A DNA stretch of 64,000 nt, taken from assembly GCA_040389905.1 (NCBI GenBank), contig JAZJZK010000006.1, positions 1 to 64,000 of the forward strand, read 5' to 3'. Numbering within the stretch: the stretch's first letter is position 1; the number at the start of each line of letters is the position of its first letter. Both the position numbers and the translations under genes were made by a program. The DNA is from Gemmatimonadota bacterium. GTDB lineage: Bacteria; Gemmatimonadota; Gemmatimonadetes; Gemmatimonadales; Gemmatimonadaceae. Positions 41,020-50,245 of this stretch are shown here, piece after piece. The notes below the pieces were generated by a model. It was given only the letters and a program-made list of their open reading frames with translations, did no database searches and had not been told where the DNA came from.

Positions 41020-41874
41020 CTAGCGCCCCGAGGTCACCACGTCGATACCGCCGAACAGCGTCTCCGCCTTGATGCGGAGCTTGTGCGTCGCCGTCTCGAA
41101 GTTGGGCGAGTACCACCCATCGTCCCTCTTCACAAGTCCGGCGTGATCGAAGCCCGCGGCAATCCGCTGCACCTCGAGTTTCACGCCGACATCTGGCGGC
41201 ACCCTCAACGTCAACTTGCCGAGCACGAGTCGCGTGGACACGGTCAGGTCGCGCGACCAAATGCCGCCGAAATCGAGATCCACGCTGCCAATCCCGCCCC
41301 GTACGCGAATCTGGTCGGCATTGGCGTTTGCGAGGTTGCGCGCGGAAAAGTCTGCCGCGCCGACGTTCACGTCCATGTCGCGCATGCGGACGCGATTCGG
41401 CTTGGTGAACAGCAGGGTGGCGTCCGTCGCGCCGCATTCCATGCGAAGCGACGTCAGCATCATCTCGCCGAGATCGAGCGTGGATTGCGTTCCGCCGAAT
41501 TCGAGATCGAGATCGAGTGGCACGCTCCGCGGCAGCGTGAGCCGTAACTCGCCGGTGTACACGTCCCCGGGCGCCCGATGCGCGTCGTTTCCATTCGACT
41601 CGAGCCCAAGCGAGGTCGTGCGCTGATCCGCATCGTGCCGATGAAGCGGAACCGACCGGAGTTCGTCGTAGCGCAGGTGCATGGAGTAGAGCAGGCGATC
41701 ACTCGTTCCGCGCACGTCAACCTTGCCTGCACGATACTGCACGTGAATTCGCTGAGGCTGCGTGTCCCGCAGTTGGCGCGCGATGTCCACGTTTCGCCAC
41801 TGGGGGTCGCCTTGCGCCTTGGCAACCAGCGGAAGGAGACTCGCAGCGGCGGCGAGTAGTCGGAGGCGCTTCAC
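41020..41874 (-). CDS. secreted LiaF/DUF2154-like (adhesin-type beta-solenoid) protein
   Basis: signal peptide; repeated LDL..G, GIGSVDLDF, LGKLTLRVP, FGGIDV; GTGA overlap with upstream gene. Confidence 0.6.
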   Translation of the reverse strand: MKRLRLLAAAASLLPLVAKAQGDPQWRNVDIARQLRDTQPQRIHVQYRAGKVDVRGTSDRLLYSMHLRYDELRSVPLHRHDADQRTTSLGLESNGNDAHRAPGDVYTGELRLTLPRSVPLDLDLEFGGTQSTLDLGEMMLTSLRMECGATDATLLFTKPNRVRMRDMDVNVGAADFSARNLANANADQIRVRGGIGSVDLDFGGIWSRDLTVSTRLVLGKLTLRVPPDVGVKLEVQRIAAGFDHAGLVKRDDGWYSPNFETATHKLRIKAETLFGGIDVVTSGR

Positions 41875-42965
41875 CGGTGCGAACCCTCGCGCGTTGTGCT
41901 CACGCTGCGGCGAGCGGCAACGACACCCGCCACCGGCGTCGGTGTCTGCCACGATGCGAACTCGACCGCTTTCGTTGTACCGGCGGGAACGCGCTTGTGC
42001 GTACCGGCTCGCGACAGGAGGGCGGCACCCAGTCCAAGGGTCATGGCCGCCCAACTCGCGGCCAACGCCGCAGCCCGTACCACCGTTGCCGCCAACGGAG
42101 CACCTGTGAGAATCGCGGCAACCATCCAGAGTACGAAGAACAACGCAATGCCAACCGCGAGAGCGCCAAGTCCGCGTACTCGGCTGTTGGTTTCGCCGGT
42201 TTTCCAGATCGCTCCGCCAACCAGCCGGGCGGTGGCCAGGAAGCCGAGTGTCACGAGGCCAATCACTGCGATCGCGTAGGCGACGATGGCAAAGGGGATG
42301 AGCAGAACGCCGATGAGCGTGAGGGCCAACGCGACAACGAGTAACGCAAGTACTGGCAGGGCAACCAGTTGGCCGAGCAGTCCGTACCAGAACGCGCGTG
42401 AAAAGCGCAGTTCAATGGTCGCGACGACCTCATTGAGATTCGGTCCAGCGAAGAGGAGGACGCCCACGGCGACGCACAGCAGGACCGAAAAGGTTGCGGC
42501 GACGATTTTGGTGGCCTCGGCCGTACGTTCCGCCGCGGTCCGGGGCCGAGCAGCGAGCAGAATGGCGCCGGCCTCGATCGGCAGCGACGCCATCGCCCGC
42601 ATCTCTCCGTCGACTCTGCCGCTGTCCGCATTCACGTGGCCGCCGACTGCCAGCGCGTCGCCGGTGACACTCCCGCCAGTGTGGACGTTCACATCGCCGG
42701 CCAGGCTCACGACACTTCCTTCGACGCGACCGTAGACGTCGACGGGTCCCTTGGCGACGACGGTGCCGCGAACGACCGTACCCGCCGCGATGCTGCGCGG
42801 CCCCACCGATACGCTGTCTGCTGGCGGAACGCCTGCGATCTGTTCGCCTTTGCTGAGGCGCTTCAGATCGCGGTCGAGGTCGGCACGGCTCTGGCCCTGG
42901 GCACCGAGTGCCAGTGGGCTAACTGCGAGCAATGCGGCCGCCAGGGTGCGAACCCGGGCGTTCAT
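41871..42965 (-). CDS. bactofilin-like (polymer-forming) beta-helix + multi-TM membrane protein
   Basis: signal peptide, GxVxGxVxxxxGxV repeats, then several hydrophobic helices. Confidence 0.7.
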   Translation of the reverse strand: MNARVRTLAAALLAVSPLALGAQGQSRADLDRDLKRLSKGEQIAGVPPADSVSVGPRSIAAGTVVRGTVVAKGPVDVYGRVEGSVVSLAGDVNVHTGGSVTGDALAVGGHVNADSGRVDGEMRAMASLPIEAGAILLAARPRTAAERTAEATKIVAATFSVLLCVAVGVLLFAGPNLNEVVATIELRFSRAFWYGLLGQLVALPVLALLVVALALTLIGVLLIPFAIVAYAIAVIGLVTLGFLATARLVGGAIWKTGETNSRVRGLGALAVGIALFFVLWMVAAILTGAPLAATVVRAAALAASWAAMTLGLGAALLSRAGTHKRVPAGTTKAVEFASWQTPTPVAGVVAARRSVSTTREGSHR

Positions 42966-42966
42966 C

Positions 42967-43548
42967 CTACTGCCTGCCGACGGCGGCCAGTTTCCGGATT
43001 CCGGCGACTGTTCCGAAGGCGGTGAGAACGAACCCACCCAGCAAGAGCGTCACGCCGATGGCTCCGGTCGCCTGAATAGCCGCGAGTGCGGACTCACCAA
43101 GGAGCGCGACGGCGATATCGCGCGCGGCCACAACAATGACGCCCCGAAGGCGGTCACCCAGCAATCCCGTCATGAACACCGCAGCATCGCCCTGCGTGGC
43201 CAACCAGACCATGGCAAGCGTCAACGCACCCATGACCGACGCAATGGTCGCGGCCGCTGCCACACGGGCGATACCCGCGGCCGGCATCCATTGGACGACA
43301 GAATCGCGCGCTGCCACATGCGCCGGCACGAAGACTGGCACCTGCGCCATGACCCGGTCAGCCAACCGCGAATCGGGCGCAAAGTGTGGGAGTGACTCCA
43401 GCGCATCGACGACGATACGCGCATCCTCGAGCCGCTCTCGGCAGTCGGCGCACTCATCAATGTGCGCGCGGAGCGGGGCGACGCCGAATCCGGCTTCGCC
43501 GTCGACCAGCAGGTCGATCTCGTTGGGGAGGAGGTGTCTGTGGTTCAT
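42967..43548 (-). CDS. ZAS (zf-HC2) anti-sigma factor, RsiW-like N-terminus
   Basis: HIDECADC (HxxxCxxC), LADRVMAQVP, C-terminal TM helices. Confidence 0.85.
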   Translation of the reverse strand: MNHRHLLPNEIDLLVDGEAGFGVAPLRAHIDECADCRERLEDARIVVDALESLPHFAPDSRLADRVMAQVPVFVPAHVAARDSVVQWMPAAGIARVAAAATIASVMGALTLAMVWLATQGDAAVFMTGLLGDRLRGVIVVAARDIAVALLGESALAAIQATGAIGVTLLLGGFVLTAFGTVAGIRKLAAVGRQ

Positions 43549-43564
43549 GTGATCTGCACCCTAA

Positions 43565-43591
43565 TACGGGAGGTATGCACTACAGGTTTCA
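43565..43591 (-). promoter_or_regulatory. ECF (SigW-type) promoter TGAAAC-N17-CGTA upstream of the anti-sigma gene
   Basis: both boxes match the B. subtilis SigW consensus; lies in the 70-nt gap between sigma and anti-sigma. Confidence 0.7.
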
Positions 43592-43618
43592 AGAACGAAA
43601 GGGGTCGTGATTCGGAAA

Positions 43619-44221
43619 TCATTCGCGGGTATGCTCGAGCGCCTTCCGGAGCTCGTGCCGGGCCCGGTGGATGTAGGTCTTGACCGTGCCGAGCGGCAGG
43701 TCGAGCGTTCCGGCGATTTCTTCGTAGGAACGGCCTTCGACGTGCCGCAGCAGAATGCAGGATCGGTATTCGGGCCGGAGGCTGGCGATGGCGCGTTCAA
43801 TGGCCGAGCCCAACTCCTTGGCCTCCATCTCCTCCAGGGCATTCTCGGCGTCGTCGCCGATATCGAAGCGAGACGCCTCGACGGCGTCGGAGGTACTCGC
43901 GTGCGGTGAGCCGTCGATGCTGATGGTGTCCAGCTGGCGCCGGCGCAGGTGATCGATCGCGACATTGTTGGCGATCTTGAAGAGCCAGGAGGAAAACTTG
44001 AAGTCCGTCCGATAGCGGTCGAGGTGCGACAGGACTTTGACGAAGGTGTCCTGGGTGAGGTCCTCGGCCAGCTCGCGATCGCGCACCATGCGGAATACGA
44101 GCGAGAAAACGGGCCGCTCGTACCGCTTGATCAGCTCACGGTGCGCGGAGTCGCGACCCTCGAGGGCGAGGGCGACGACATCCGCGTCGGGCAGATTGGC
44201 GAGATCGAGGGCGCGGAGCAC
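43619..44221 (-). CDS. ECF RNA polymerase sigma factor, SigW-like
   Basis: AEDLTQDTF, KFSSWLFKIANN..IDHLRR, SYEEIA..LPLGTVKTYIHRAR. Confidence 0.93.
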   Translation of the reverse strand: MLRALDLANLPDADVVALALEGRDSAHRELIKRYERPVFSLVFRMVRDRELAEDLTQDTFVKVLSHLDRYRTDFKFSSWLFKIANNVAIDHLRRRQLDTISIDGSPHASTSDAVEASRFDIGDDAENALEEMEAKELGSAIERAIASLRPEYRSCILLRHVEGRSYEEIAGTLDLPLGTVKTYIHRARHELRKALEHTRE

Positions 44222-44299
44222 TGCGGAAAGTATGTACGGCTCACGCCGCAATCCAGCCGCGTGCTTGCCCCTGTTCCGGCGCCCGGCGAACTTTCGACG

Positions 44300-45055
44300 A
44301 TGGTCGAAACCGAAGTTGAGGCGCGCCTTGCCGAACGGGCGGCGGAAGGAGGAGCGGAGAAGCGCGCGTACGTGCGGACCGTCTTCGAGGAGATCGCGCC
44401 TCGGTACGATCTGCTGAACCACCTGCTCAGCCTGAACATCGACAAGATGTGGCGTCGCCGCGCGCTCCGAGCGTTGGAGTGGGAGCGGCGTCCGGCCGGT
44501 GTCTACCTGGACCTCTGCGCCGGCACACTCGACGTCGCGGCGGAACTGAGCGCACGTCGCGGGTTCGGCGGGTTCATCGTGGGGGCGGATTTCGCGATCG
44601 CGATGCTGCGCGCCGGTTCCGGCAAGGCGCCACGGGAGGTTGTCGCGCCGGTGGGGGCCGACGCACAGCAATTACCGCTCGCCGATGCTTCGATGGACGG
44701 CGCGACCGTGGCGTTCGGAATTCGTAACGTCGCGTCCCTGGATGTCGCGCTCCGCGAGGTGCATCGCGTCCTCGCGCCAGGCGCGAGGTTCGTGATCCTC
44801 GAGTTCACGACACCTCGCTCATTCCTCGTCCGCACGTTCTATCACTTCTATTTTCACCAGGTGCTGCCGCTGATCGGCGGTTTGATCAGCGGGCACCGTT
44901 CTGCCTATCAGTACCTTCCGAAGTCAGTGGCTCACTTTCCGTCCGAGCCGGAACTGGCGCGCCGAATGACGGAGGCCGGTTTCTCCAATGTTCGCTTCGA
45001 GACGCTCACACTTGGCATCGCCGCTATTCATGTGGGCGAAAAACCGAACGGTTAG
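44300..45055 (+). CDS. menG: UbiE/MenG demethylmenaquinone methyltransferase
   Basis: IAPRYDLLNHLLS, LDLCAGT, AFGIRNV, ILEF, YLPKSV. Confidence 0.9.
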   Translation: MVETEVEARLAERAAEGGAEKRAYVRTVFEEIAPRYDLLNHLLSLNIDKMWRRRALRALEWERRPAGVYLDLCAGTLDVAAELSARRGFGGFIVGADFAIAMLRAGSGKAPREVVAPVGADAQQLPLADASMDGATVAFGIRNVASLDVALREVHRVLAPGARFVILEFTTPRSFLVRTFYHFYFHQVLPLIGGLISGHRSAYQYLPKSVAHFPSEPELARRMTEAGFSNVRFETLTLGIAAIHVGEKPNG

Positions 45056-45064
45056 CTCGTGCTC

Positions 45065-45153
45065 GTCACCCCGAGCGAGCGAAGCGAGTCGAGGGGTCTG
45101 CACCTCAAACCCAGACTGAACGTGCAGATCCCTCGACTTCGCTCGGGATGACA
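45065..45153. repeat. REP/MITE-like palindromic element, copy B (inverted relative to copy A)
   Basis: GTCACCCCGAGCG..GTCGAGGGGTCTGCAC pairs with GTGCAGATCCCTCGACTTCGCTCGGGATGACA. Confidence 0.88.
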
Positions 45154-45206
45154 TTGAAGGTTCGCTGCTCGCCTATCACCTGCATTTCCTATCACAAGAC
45201 CGCATC

Positions 45207-46679
45207 TTGTCGCTCGACACACTTCGCGAATTCATAGACGCAATTGACGCTGCCGGAGAGCTCGTGCGGATCAAGCACCCCGTGCGCGCCCACCTCGAGC
45301 TATGCGAGATCAGCGACCGGGCCATGAAGATGCCGGGCGGTGGACCCGCTCTGCTGTTCGAGCATGTCATTCTCAAGGACGGATCACGCTCCGCATTCCC
45401 CGTCGGCATCAACCTGTTCGGCTCGATGTCCCGGATGGCCATGTCGCTCGGTGTCGACAAGCTCGACGATCATGGTGCGCGGATCACGAGGCTGCTCGAC
45501 CTCAAGGTGCCGGAAGGCATCATGGGCAAGCTGTCCATGCTGCCTCGACTCATGGAGGTGGCCAAGTTTCCACCACGGTCGACGACCAGCCCACGCTGCC
45601 AGGAAGTAATCTGGCGCGGTGACGACATCGATCTCGACAAGCTGCCCATTCTCACCTGCTGGCCGGAAGACGGCGGTCCGTACATCACGCTGCCGATGGT
45701 GATCACGACCGATCCCAAGCGCGGCATTCGGAACGTCGGGATGTATCGCGTGCAGCAGATGAGCAAGAACACGCTTGCGATGCACTGGCAGCGGCACAAG
45801 GTCGGCGCGGCGCACTGGCGCGAAATGGCGGAGCGTGGCGAAACGATGCCGGTGGTGATTGCCGTCGGCGCCGATCCCGCATCGATCTATTCAGCGAGTG
45901 CTCCGCTGCCGCCAACGGTCGATGAGTTCATCTTCTCGGGATTTCTTCGCAGTAAGCCGGTTCTGCTCGCGAAGGCCGTGACGTGCGACCTCGACGTGCC
46001 GGCCGAGGCCGACTTCGTCATCGAAGGCTACATCGACCCGGCCGAGGATCTCGTGATGGAGGGTCCATTCGGCGATCACACGGGCTTCTACTCGTTGGCG
46101 GACTACTACCCGCTCGTGCACGTGACGGCGATCACGATGCGCCGCGATCCTATTCTCCCGTGTACGATTGTCGGTCGCCCGCCGATGGAAGACTTCTACC
46201 TCGGCCATGCCACGGAGCGAATTTTCCTACCGCTGCTCAAGCTCACGATTCCAGAGATCGTGGATTATCACATGCCGGCGGAGGGGATCTTTCACAACCT
46301 CGTGTTCGTGAGCATCAAGAAAGAGTATCCCGGCCAGGCCTACAAGGTGATGAACGCCATGTGGGGCCAGGGGCTGATGTCGCTCGCCAAGGTGCTCGTG
46401 ATCGTGGACGACTGGGTGAACGTTCGCGATCCGCAGGAAGCGTGGTGGGTCGCACTCAACAACATCGACCCGGAGCGTGACACGCGCTTCACCATGGGGC
46501 CAATGGACGTGCTCGATCACTCGAGTCGTGCATTTACCTATGGGTCGAAAATGGGCATCGACGCGACGCGAAAATTTCCCGAGGAAGGATTCACGCGCGA
46601 TTGGCCGGCGGTCATCGTCATGGACGAAAAGACGAAGGCCGCGGTGGACGCGATGTGGCCGTCGCTGGGGATCGCGTGA
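45207..46679 (+). CDS. UbiD-family menaquinone biosynthesis decarboxylase (MqnL-like)
   Basis: WPEDGGPYIT, RNVGMYR, EGPFGDHTGFY, GRPPMED, KMGIDAT; mqn context. Confidence 0.9.
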   Translation: MSLDTLREFIDAIDAAGELVRIKHPVRAHLELCEISDRAMKMPGGGPALLFEHVILKDGSRSAFPVGINLFGSMSRMAMSLGVDKLDDHGARITRLLDLKVPEGIMGKLSMLPRLMEVAKFPPRSTTSPRCQEVIWRGDDIDLDKLPILTCWPEDGGPYITLPMVITTDPKRGIRNVGMYRVQQMSKNTLAMHWQRHKVGAAHWREMAERGETMPVVIAVGADPASIYSASAPLPPTVDEFIFSGFLRSKPVLLAKAVTCDLDVPAEADFVIEGYIDPAEDLVMEGPFGDHTGFYSLADYYPLVHVTAITMRRDPILPCTIVGRPPMEDFYLGHATERIFLPLLKLTIPEIVDYHMPAEGIFHNLVFVSIKKEYPGQAYKVMNAMWGQGLMSLAKVLVIVDDWVNVRDPQEAWWVALNNIDPERDTRFTMGPMDVLDHSSRAFTYGSKMGIDATRKFPEEGFTRDWPAVIVMDEKTKAAVDAMWPSLGIA

Positions 46680-47620
46680 CGCGCGAAGGGCAGACCTTTG
46701 CCGGAACGTCCCGGCTCGCGACGTACGCGAGTTTCGTCAAGCTACCTCACACCGTCTTCGCGCTGCCGTTCGCCCTTATTGGGGTGGTGTTGGCATCGTA
46801 TGAGAATGCGGTCACGTGGGCGATGCTCGGCTGGGTCGTACTGGCGTTCACCGCGGCCCGGTTCGCGGCGATGGGGTTCAATCGCGTCGTCGATCGCGAC
46901 TTCGATGCCGAGAACCCACGTACACGGATGCGTGAGATTCCTCGTGGGGCGCTCACTGTTCGCGAGGCGTGGACCTCCGTCATCGTCGCGTCCGCCGTCT
47001 TCGTACTCGCGGCGGGCGCGCTGAGCCCGCTCTGCCTTGCGCTGTCGCCAATCGCGTTGGCGTGGGTGTTCTTTTACAGCTACACCAAGCGGTTCACCCG
47101 CTTTGCGCACATCGTCCTTGGGCTCGGCATGGCGATCGCGCCGGTGGGCGGTTTTCTCGCGGTGGCCGGGCATTGGAGCCGGCCGTGGTGGATGTTGTGC
47201 GCCCTCGCGACCGCCGTGGCCACGTGGGGGGGCGGGTTCGACATCCTGTACGCGTTGCCGGACGTCAGCTTTGACAAGGAGCATGGCCTTTACTCCATTC
47301 CCTCGACGATGGGCGAACACAAGGCGATCATCGTTTCGCGCGTCCTTCACACCCTGACGGTGGTCTGCCTGGCGCTTGTTGGATGGGTGGTCTTTCCCCA
47401 CTACTGGTCGCTCTCGCAGGTCCTGTATGCGCTGGGCGTGAGCGTGGCGGCGGCACTCCTCTGCTATGAGCATTCACTGGTCAGCGCGGACGACCTCTCC
47501 AAGCTGGATGCCGCGTTTTTCACCATGAACGGTGTCATCAGCCTGACGCTCTTCGCGTTTGTGCTCGTGGGTCGACTGCTGGATGGCGTGATATTCGAGA
47601 CGGGCGGTAGAGTTCTGTGA
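46676..47620 (+). CDS. UbiA-family polyprenyltransferase (MqnP-like)
   Basis: HTVFALPF, NRVVDRDFDAENPRT, YSYTKRF, GFDILYA. Confidence 0.9.
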   Translation: MTREGQTFAGTSRLATYASFVKLPHTVFALPFALIGVVLASYENAVTWAMLGWVVLAFTAARFAAMGFNRVVDRDFDAENPRTRMREIPRGALTVREAWTSVIVASAVFVLAAGALSPLCLALSPIALAWVFFYSYTKRFTRFAHIVLGLGMAIAPVGGFLAVAGHWSRPWWMLCALATAVATWGGGFDILYALPDVSFDKEHGLYSIPSTMGEHKAIIVSRVLHTLTVVCLALVGWVVFPHYWSLSQVLYALGVSVAAALLCYEHSLVSADDLSKLDAAFFTMNGVISLTLFAFVLVGRLLDGVIFETGGRVL

Positions 47621-48216
47621 GCGGTCTGCCAGTTGTCATGGCGATCACGGGTGCCTCCGGTGCCCCGTACGCGGTTCGGCTGCTGGAGCAGTTGCTCGTC
47701 GTGGGGCAACCCGTGCAGCTCATCCTGTCGAGTCATGGCCTTCGCCTGCTGCGAACGGAGACGGACGTCGCCTCGCTTGAATCACTACGCACGGTTGTCG
47801 ACGCACGACGCTTCGATGCCCTGGTGACCGTTTTCGACGATGATGATCGTGGTGCGGCGCCCGCCTCGGGTTCGGCACGCAATAAGGGAATGATCATCTG
47901 TCCATGCTCGATGGGCACATTGAGCGCGATCAGCCAGGGAACGTCACGGTCGTTGGTCGAGCGCGCGGCAGACGTGGCCCTCAAGGAACGGCGGACGCTC
48001 GTGCTGGTCACGCGCGAAACGCCACTCAGCGCGATTCACCTCGAGAACATGCTGCGCGTGACGCGCGCCGGTGCCGTCGTGATGCCGGCGAGCCCCGGAT
48101 TCTATCATCGTCCAGGCAGTATCGATGAGCTGGTTGATTTCATGGTCGCGCGCGTCCTCGATCATCTCGACGTCGAACACGCGTTGGGCAAACGATGGGG
48201 AGATACCGACGAGTGA
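47617..48216 (+). CDS. ubiX: flavin prenyltransferase UbiX
   Basis: ITGASG, PCSMGT, RAADVALKERR, RETP, PGFYHRP. Confidence 0.95.
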   Translation: MSGLPVVMAITGASGAPYAVRLLEQLLVVGQPVQLILSSHGLRLLRTETDVASLESLRTVVDARRFDALVTVFDDDDRGAAPASGSARNKGMIICPCSMGTLSAISQGTSRSLVERAADVALKERRTLVLVTRETPLSAIHLENMLRVTRAGAVVMPASPGFYHRPGSIDELVDFMVARVLDHLDVEHALGKRWGDTDE

Positions 48217-48689
48217 GTGGCCCGATCATCGTCGGGCTTATTTCCGATACGCATGGGCTCGTGCGGCCAAGCGTACACACGGCGTTGGCCGGCGTGGGGC
48301 TGATCCTGCACGCGGGTGATGTCGGCGAAGACGTCATACTCGATGAGCTGGAACTGATCGCGCCGGTCTTTGCGGTCTTCGGGAACACGGATGTCCCTGG
48401 GAATCCACGCCTCGCCGCGAGTATCGAGCGAACGATCGGCGGAGTAACGGTCCACGTGTCGCACGGGCACGAAGTGGGCTCTCCCACTCCGGCGCGACTG
48501 CTAGAGCATTATGCTGCGGACGTGATCGTCTATGGTCACACCCACCGCCAACTCATTGCGCAGGCAGAGGGACGACTCGTCATCAATCCGGGAGCGGCAG
48601 GAGCGCGACGGTTCAACCTCGAACCGAGTGTGGCTCGGTTGACGATCGCTGGCGGGAAAGCGAGCGTGGAGATCGTGGAGCTGACCTAA
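48213..48689 (+). CDS. YfcE-type metallophosphoesterase
   Basis: SDTH, HAGD, GNTD, HGH, GHTH, NPG. Confidence 0.9.
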   Translation: MSGPIIVGLISDTHGLVRPSVHTALAGVGLILHAGDVGEDVILDELELIAPVFAVFGNTDVPGNPRLAASIERTIGGVTVHVSHGHEVGSPTPARLLEHYAADVIVYGHTHRQLIAQAEGRLVINPGAAGARRFNLEPSVARLTIAGGKASVEIVELT

Positions 48690-48753
48690 CTAAACTAGAC
48701 TGCGTGAAGGTGCGGGCCCTTCGCATGCGCGGACCAATCCTAAAGCTGCTGGG

Positions 48754-48857
48754 ATCGGGAAGTTTCCGCTGCATCCGATGAATCCGTTCCTAAGAAGGAC
48801 CCGCCAGATTGAGGAACGGATTTAACGGATGCGGCGGAAACTACACGGATTCCCGAT
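48754..48857. repeat. long CGGAT-rich imperfect inverted repeat between convergent genes
   Basis: GTTTCCGCTGCATCCG..AATCCGTTCCT pairs with AGGAACGGATT..CGGATGCGGCGGAAAC; outer ATCGGGAA/TTCCCGAT. Confidence 0.78.
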
Positions 48858-48878
48858 GCCTGCGGTGAGAAACGCCAC

Positions 48879-49097
48879 CTACACAGCCTTGAAATGATTC
48901 GCGGGATAGAGATAGTCCTCCCCTGAATCATCGAGGATTCTGTAGAACGACCCGCTCGCCTCGACGCCGAGCATCTCATAGATCCGCCCGAGTGTAAGGT
49001 CGTGACATCCGCCGGGCTCATCGCAGCCGGGATATGTGAGCCAGGGGTCCACGCTGACGCACTGGACCAGGGTCACGGGTTGCCATGAAGTCGCCAT
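48879..49097 (-). CDS. small conserved-looking hypothetical protein (72 aa)
   Basis: LTLGRIY..RILDDSGEDYLYP resembles a small hypothetical family recalled from memory; follows the uvrC-like gene. Confidence 0.6.
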   Translation of the reverse strand: MATSWQPVTLVQCVSVDPWLTYPGCDEPGGCHDLTLGRIYEMLGVEASGSFYRILDDSGEDYLYPANHFKAV

Positions 49098-49129
49098 GGC
49101 CGCCCGGAAATGCAAGAGGCTCGCCAAGC

Positions 49130-50245
49130 CTACGCGACGAATTCCGCAGCGGGCGTGGAGCGATGCAGCTCTTGCGGAAAGCGGCGGAACCACGAGGAGA
49201 GCAACAGCAGCTCGTCTACTTCGTGACTTGGTACCTGCGTGCTGTCGCGCTCCACCGGATGGAAGACATCCGAGACCATCTCGAGCAATCGAATGCGGTC
49301 CGGCTCGCTGCGCGGCAACGCGTATTCCCCACGCACCCGCCCGCGACGAATCAGGTAGATGCGGTCGTCGCCGTCGTAGCCCGGCACCGTGTAGACGAAC
49401 GATAACGTCTCGACCGCAAAGCGAAACTTGATGAACTGTTCGCGGAGCCCCTCGAGACGATGAAGCTTATCGCGGAGAGAGGCGGCTCGTTCAAATTCCA
49501 TCGCGTCGCTGGCCGCGATCATCTCGTCGCGCAACGTGTTCATGGGTCCGTCGTCCGCGCCGTCAAGAAAGCCACGCACCATGTCGACGCGTTCCATGTA
49601 CTCCGCGGCCGAACAGCCGCCGACACACGGGCCCAGACACTTGTGGATCTCGTGTCGAATGCACCCGGGTGTGCGCGGAAAGATCTGGAAGAGTTCGGGT
49701 TGATCGGAGAAATGCATTGGCTGATCGAGCCGGCAGTCCCTCAGGCCGAGCGCGTCGTTCAATTCTCGAATGGCCTCGCCGACGCGCTGCGCGCCATGGA
49801 ATGGGCCATAGTAGACCTGCGCGTCGTCGGCGCCCGCGCCGCGAACCACGAGGAGCTTTGGCGCCGTCGTACGCGTGAGTTTGATGAAGGCGAAATGCCG
49901 CGCATCCTTCTTCATCGCGACGTTCAAGCGCGGGCGGAAGCGCTTGATGAGCCGCAGTTCTTCGAGCAGCGCCGCGAATTCGCTCGGCATGTAATCCCAC
50001 TCGATGCGGTCGGCCTCGCGAACAATCCGAGCGCCCTTGTCGTCGGGTCCGCAACGGAAATAGCTCAGCAGTCGCGTCCGGAGCTTTTTTGCCTTTCCGA
50101 CGTAAACGATCTCCCCGTCGTTTGCGACCATGCGGTAGACGCCCGGCCGGTCCTTGGCATTCGCCTTCACCACGAGACGCATGGCTTCGACCTGCGCCTC
50201 CGGCGTGGCTGGCCGGAGGATGCCTACTTTTGACAGCGGGCGCAT
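49130..50245 (-). CDS. UvrC-like N-terminal GIY-YIG + Cys cluster + UVR-domain protein (Cho-like)
   Basis: PGVYRM..YVGKAKKLRTRL, LIKRFRPRLN, C..C..CLGPC, FERAASLRD; no RNase H-like or HhH half. Confidence 0.85.
   Translation of the reverse strand: MRPLSKVGILRPATPEAQVEAMRLVVKANAKDRPGVYRMVANDGEIVYVGKAKKLRTRLLSYFRCGPDDKGARIVREADRIEWDYMPSEFAALLEELRLIKRFRPRLNVAMKKDARHFAFIKLTRTTAPKLLVVRGAGADDAQVYYGPFHGAQRVGEAIRELNDALGLRDCRLDQPMHFSDQPELFQIFPRTPGCIRHEIHKCLGPCVGGCSAAEYMERVDMVRGFLDGADDGPMNTLRDEMIAASDAMEFERAASLRDKLHRLEGLREQFIKFRFAVETLSFVYTVPGYDGDDRIYLIRRGRVRGEYALPRSEPDRIRLLEMVSDVFHPVERDSTQVPSHEVDELLLLSSWFRRFPQELHRSTPAAEFVA

Noticed and set aside
43949..44671. Apparent long head-to-head overlap of the sigma and menG ORFs
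   Set aside because: Caused by upstream start choice; the real starts 44221 (-) and 44300 (+) are divergent
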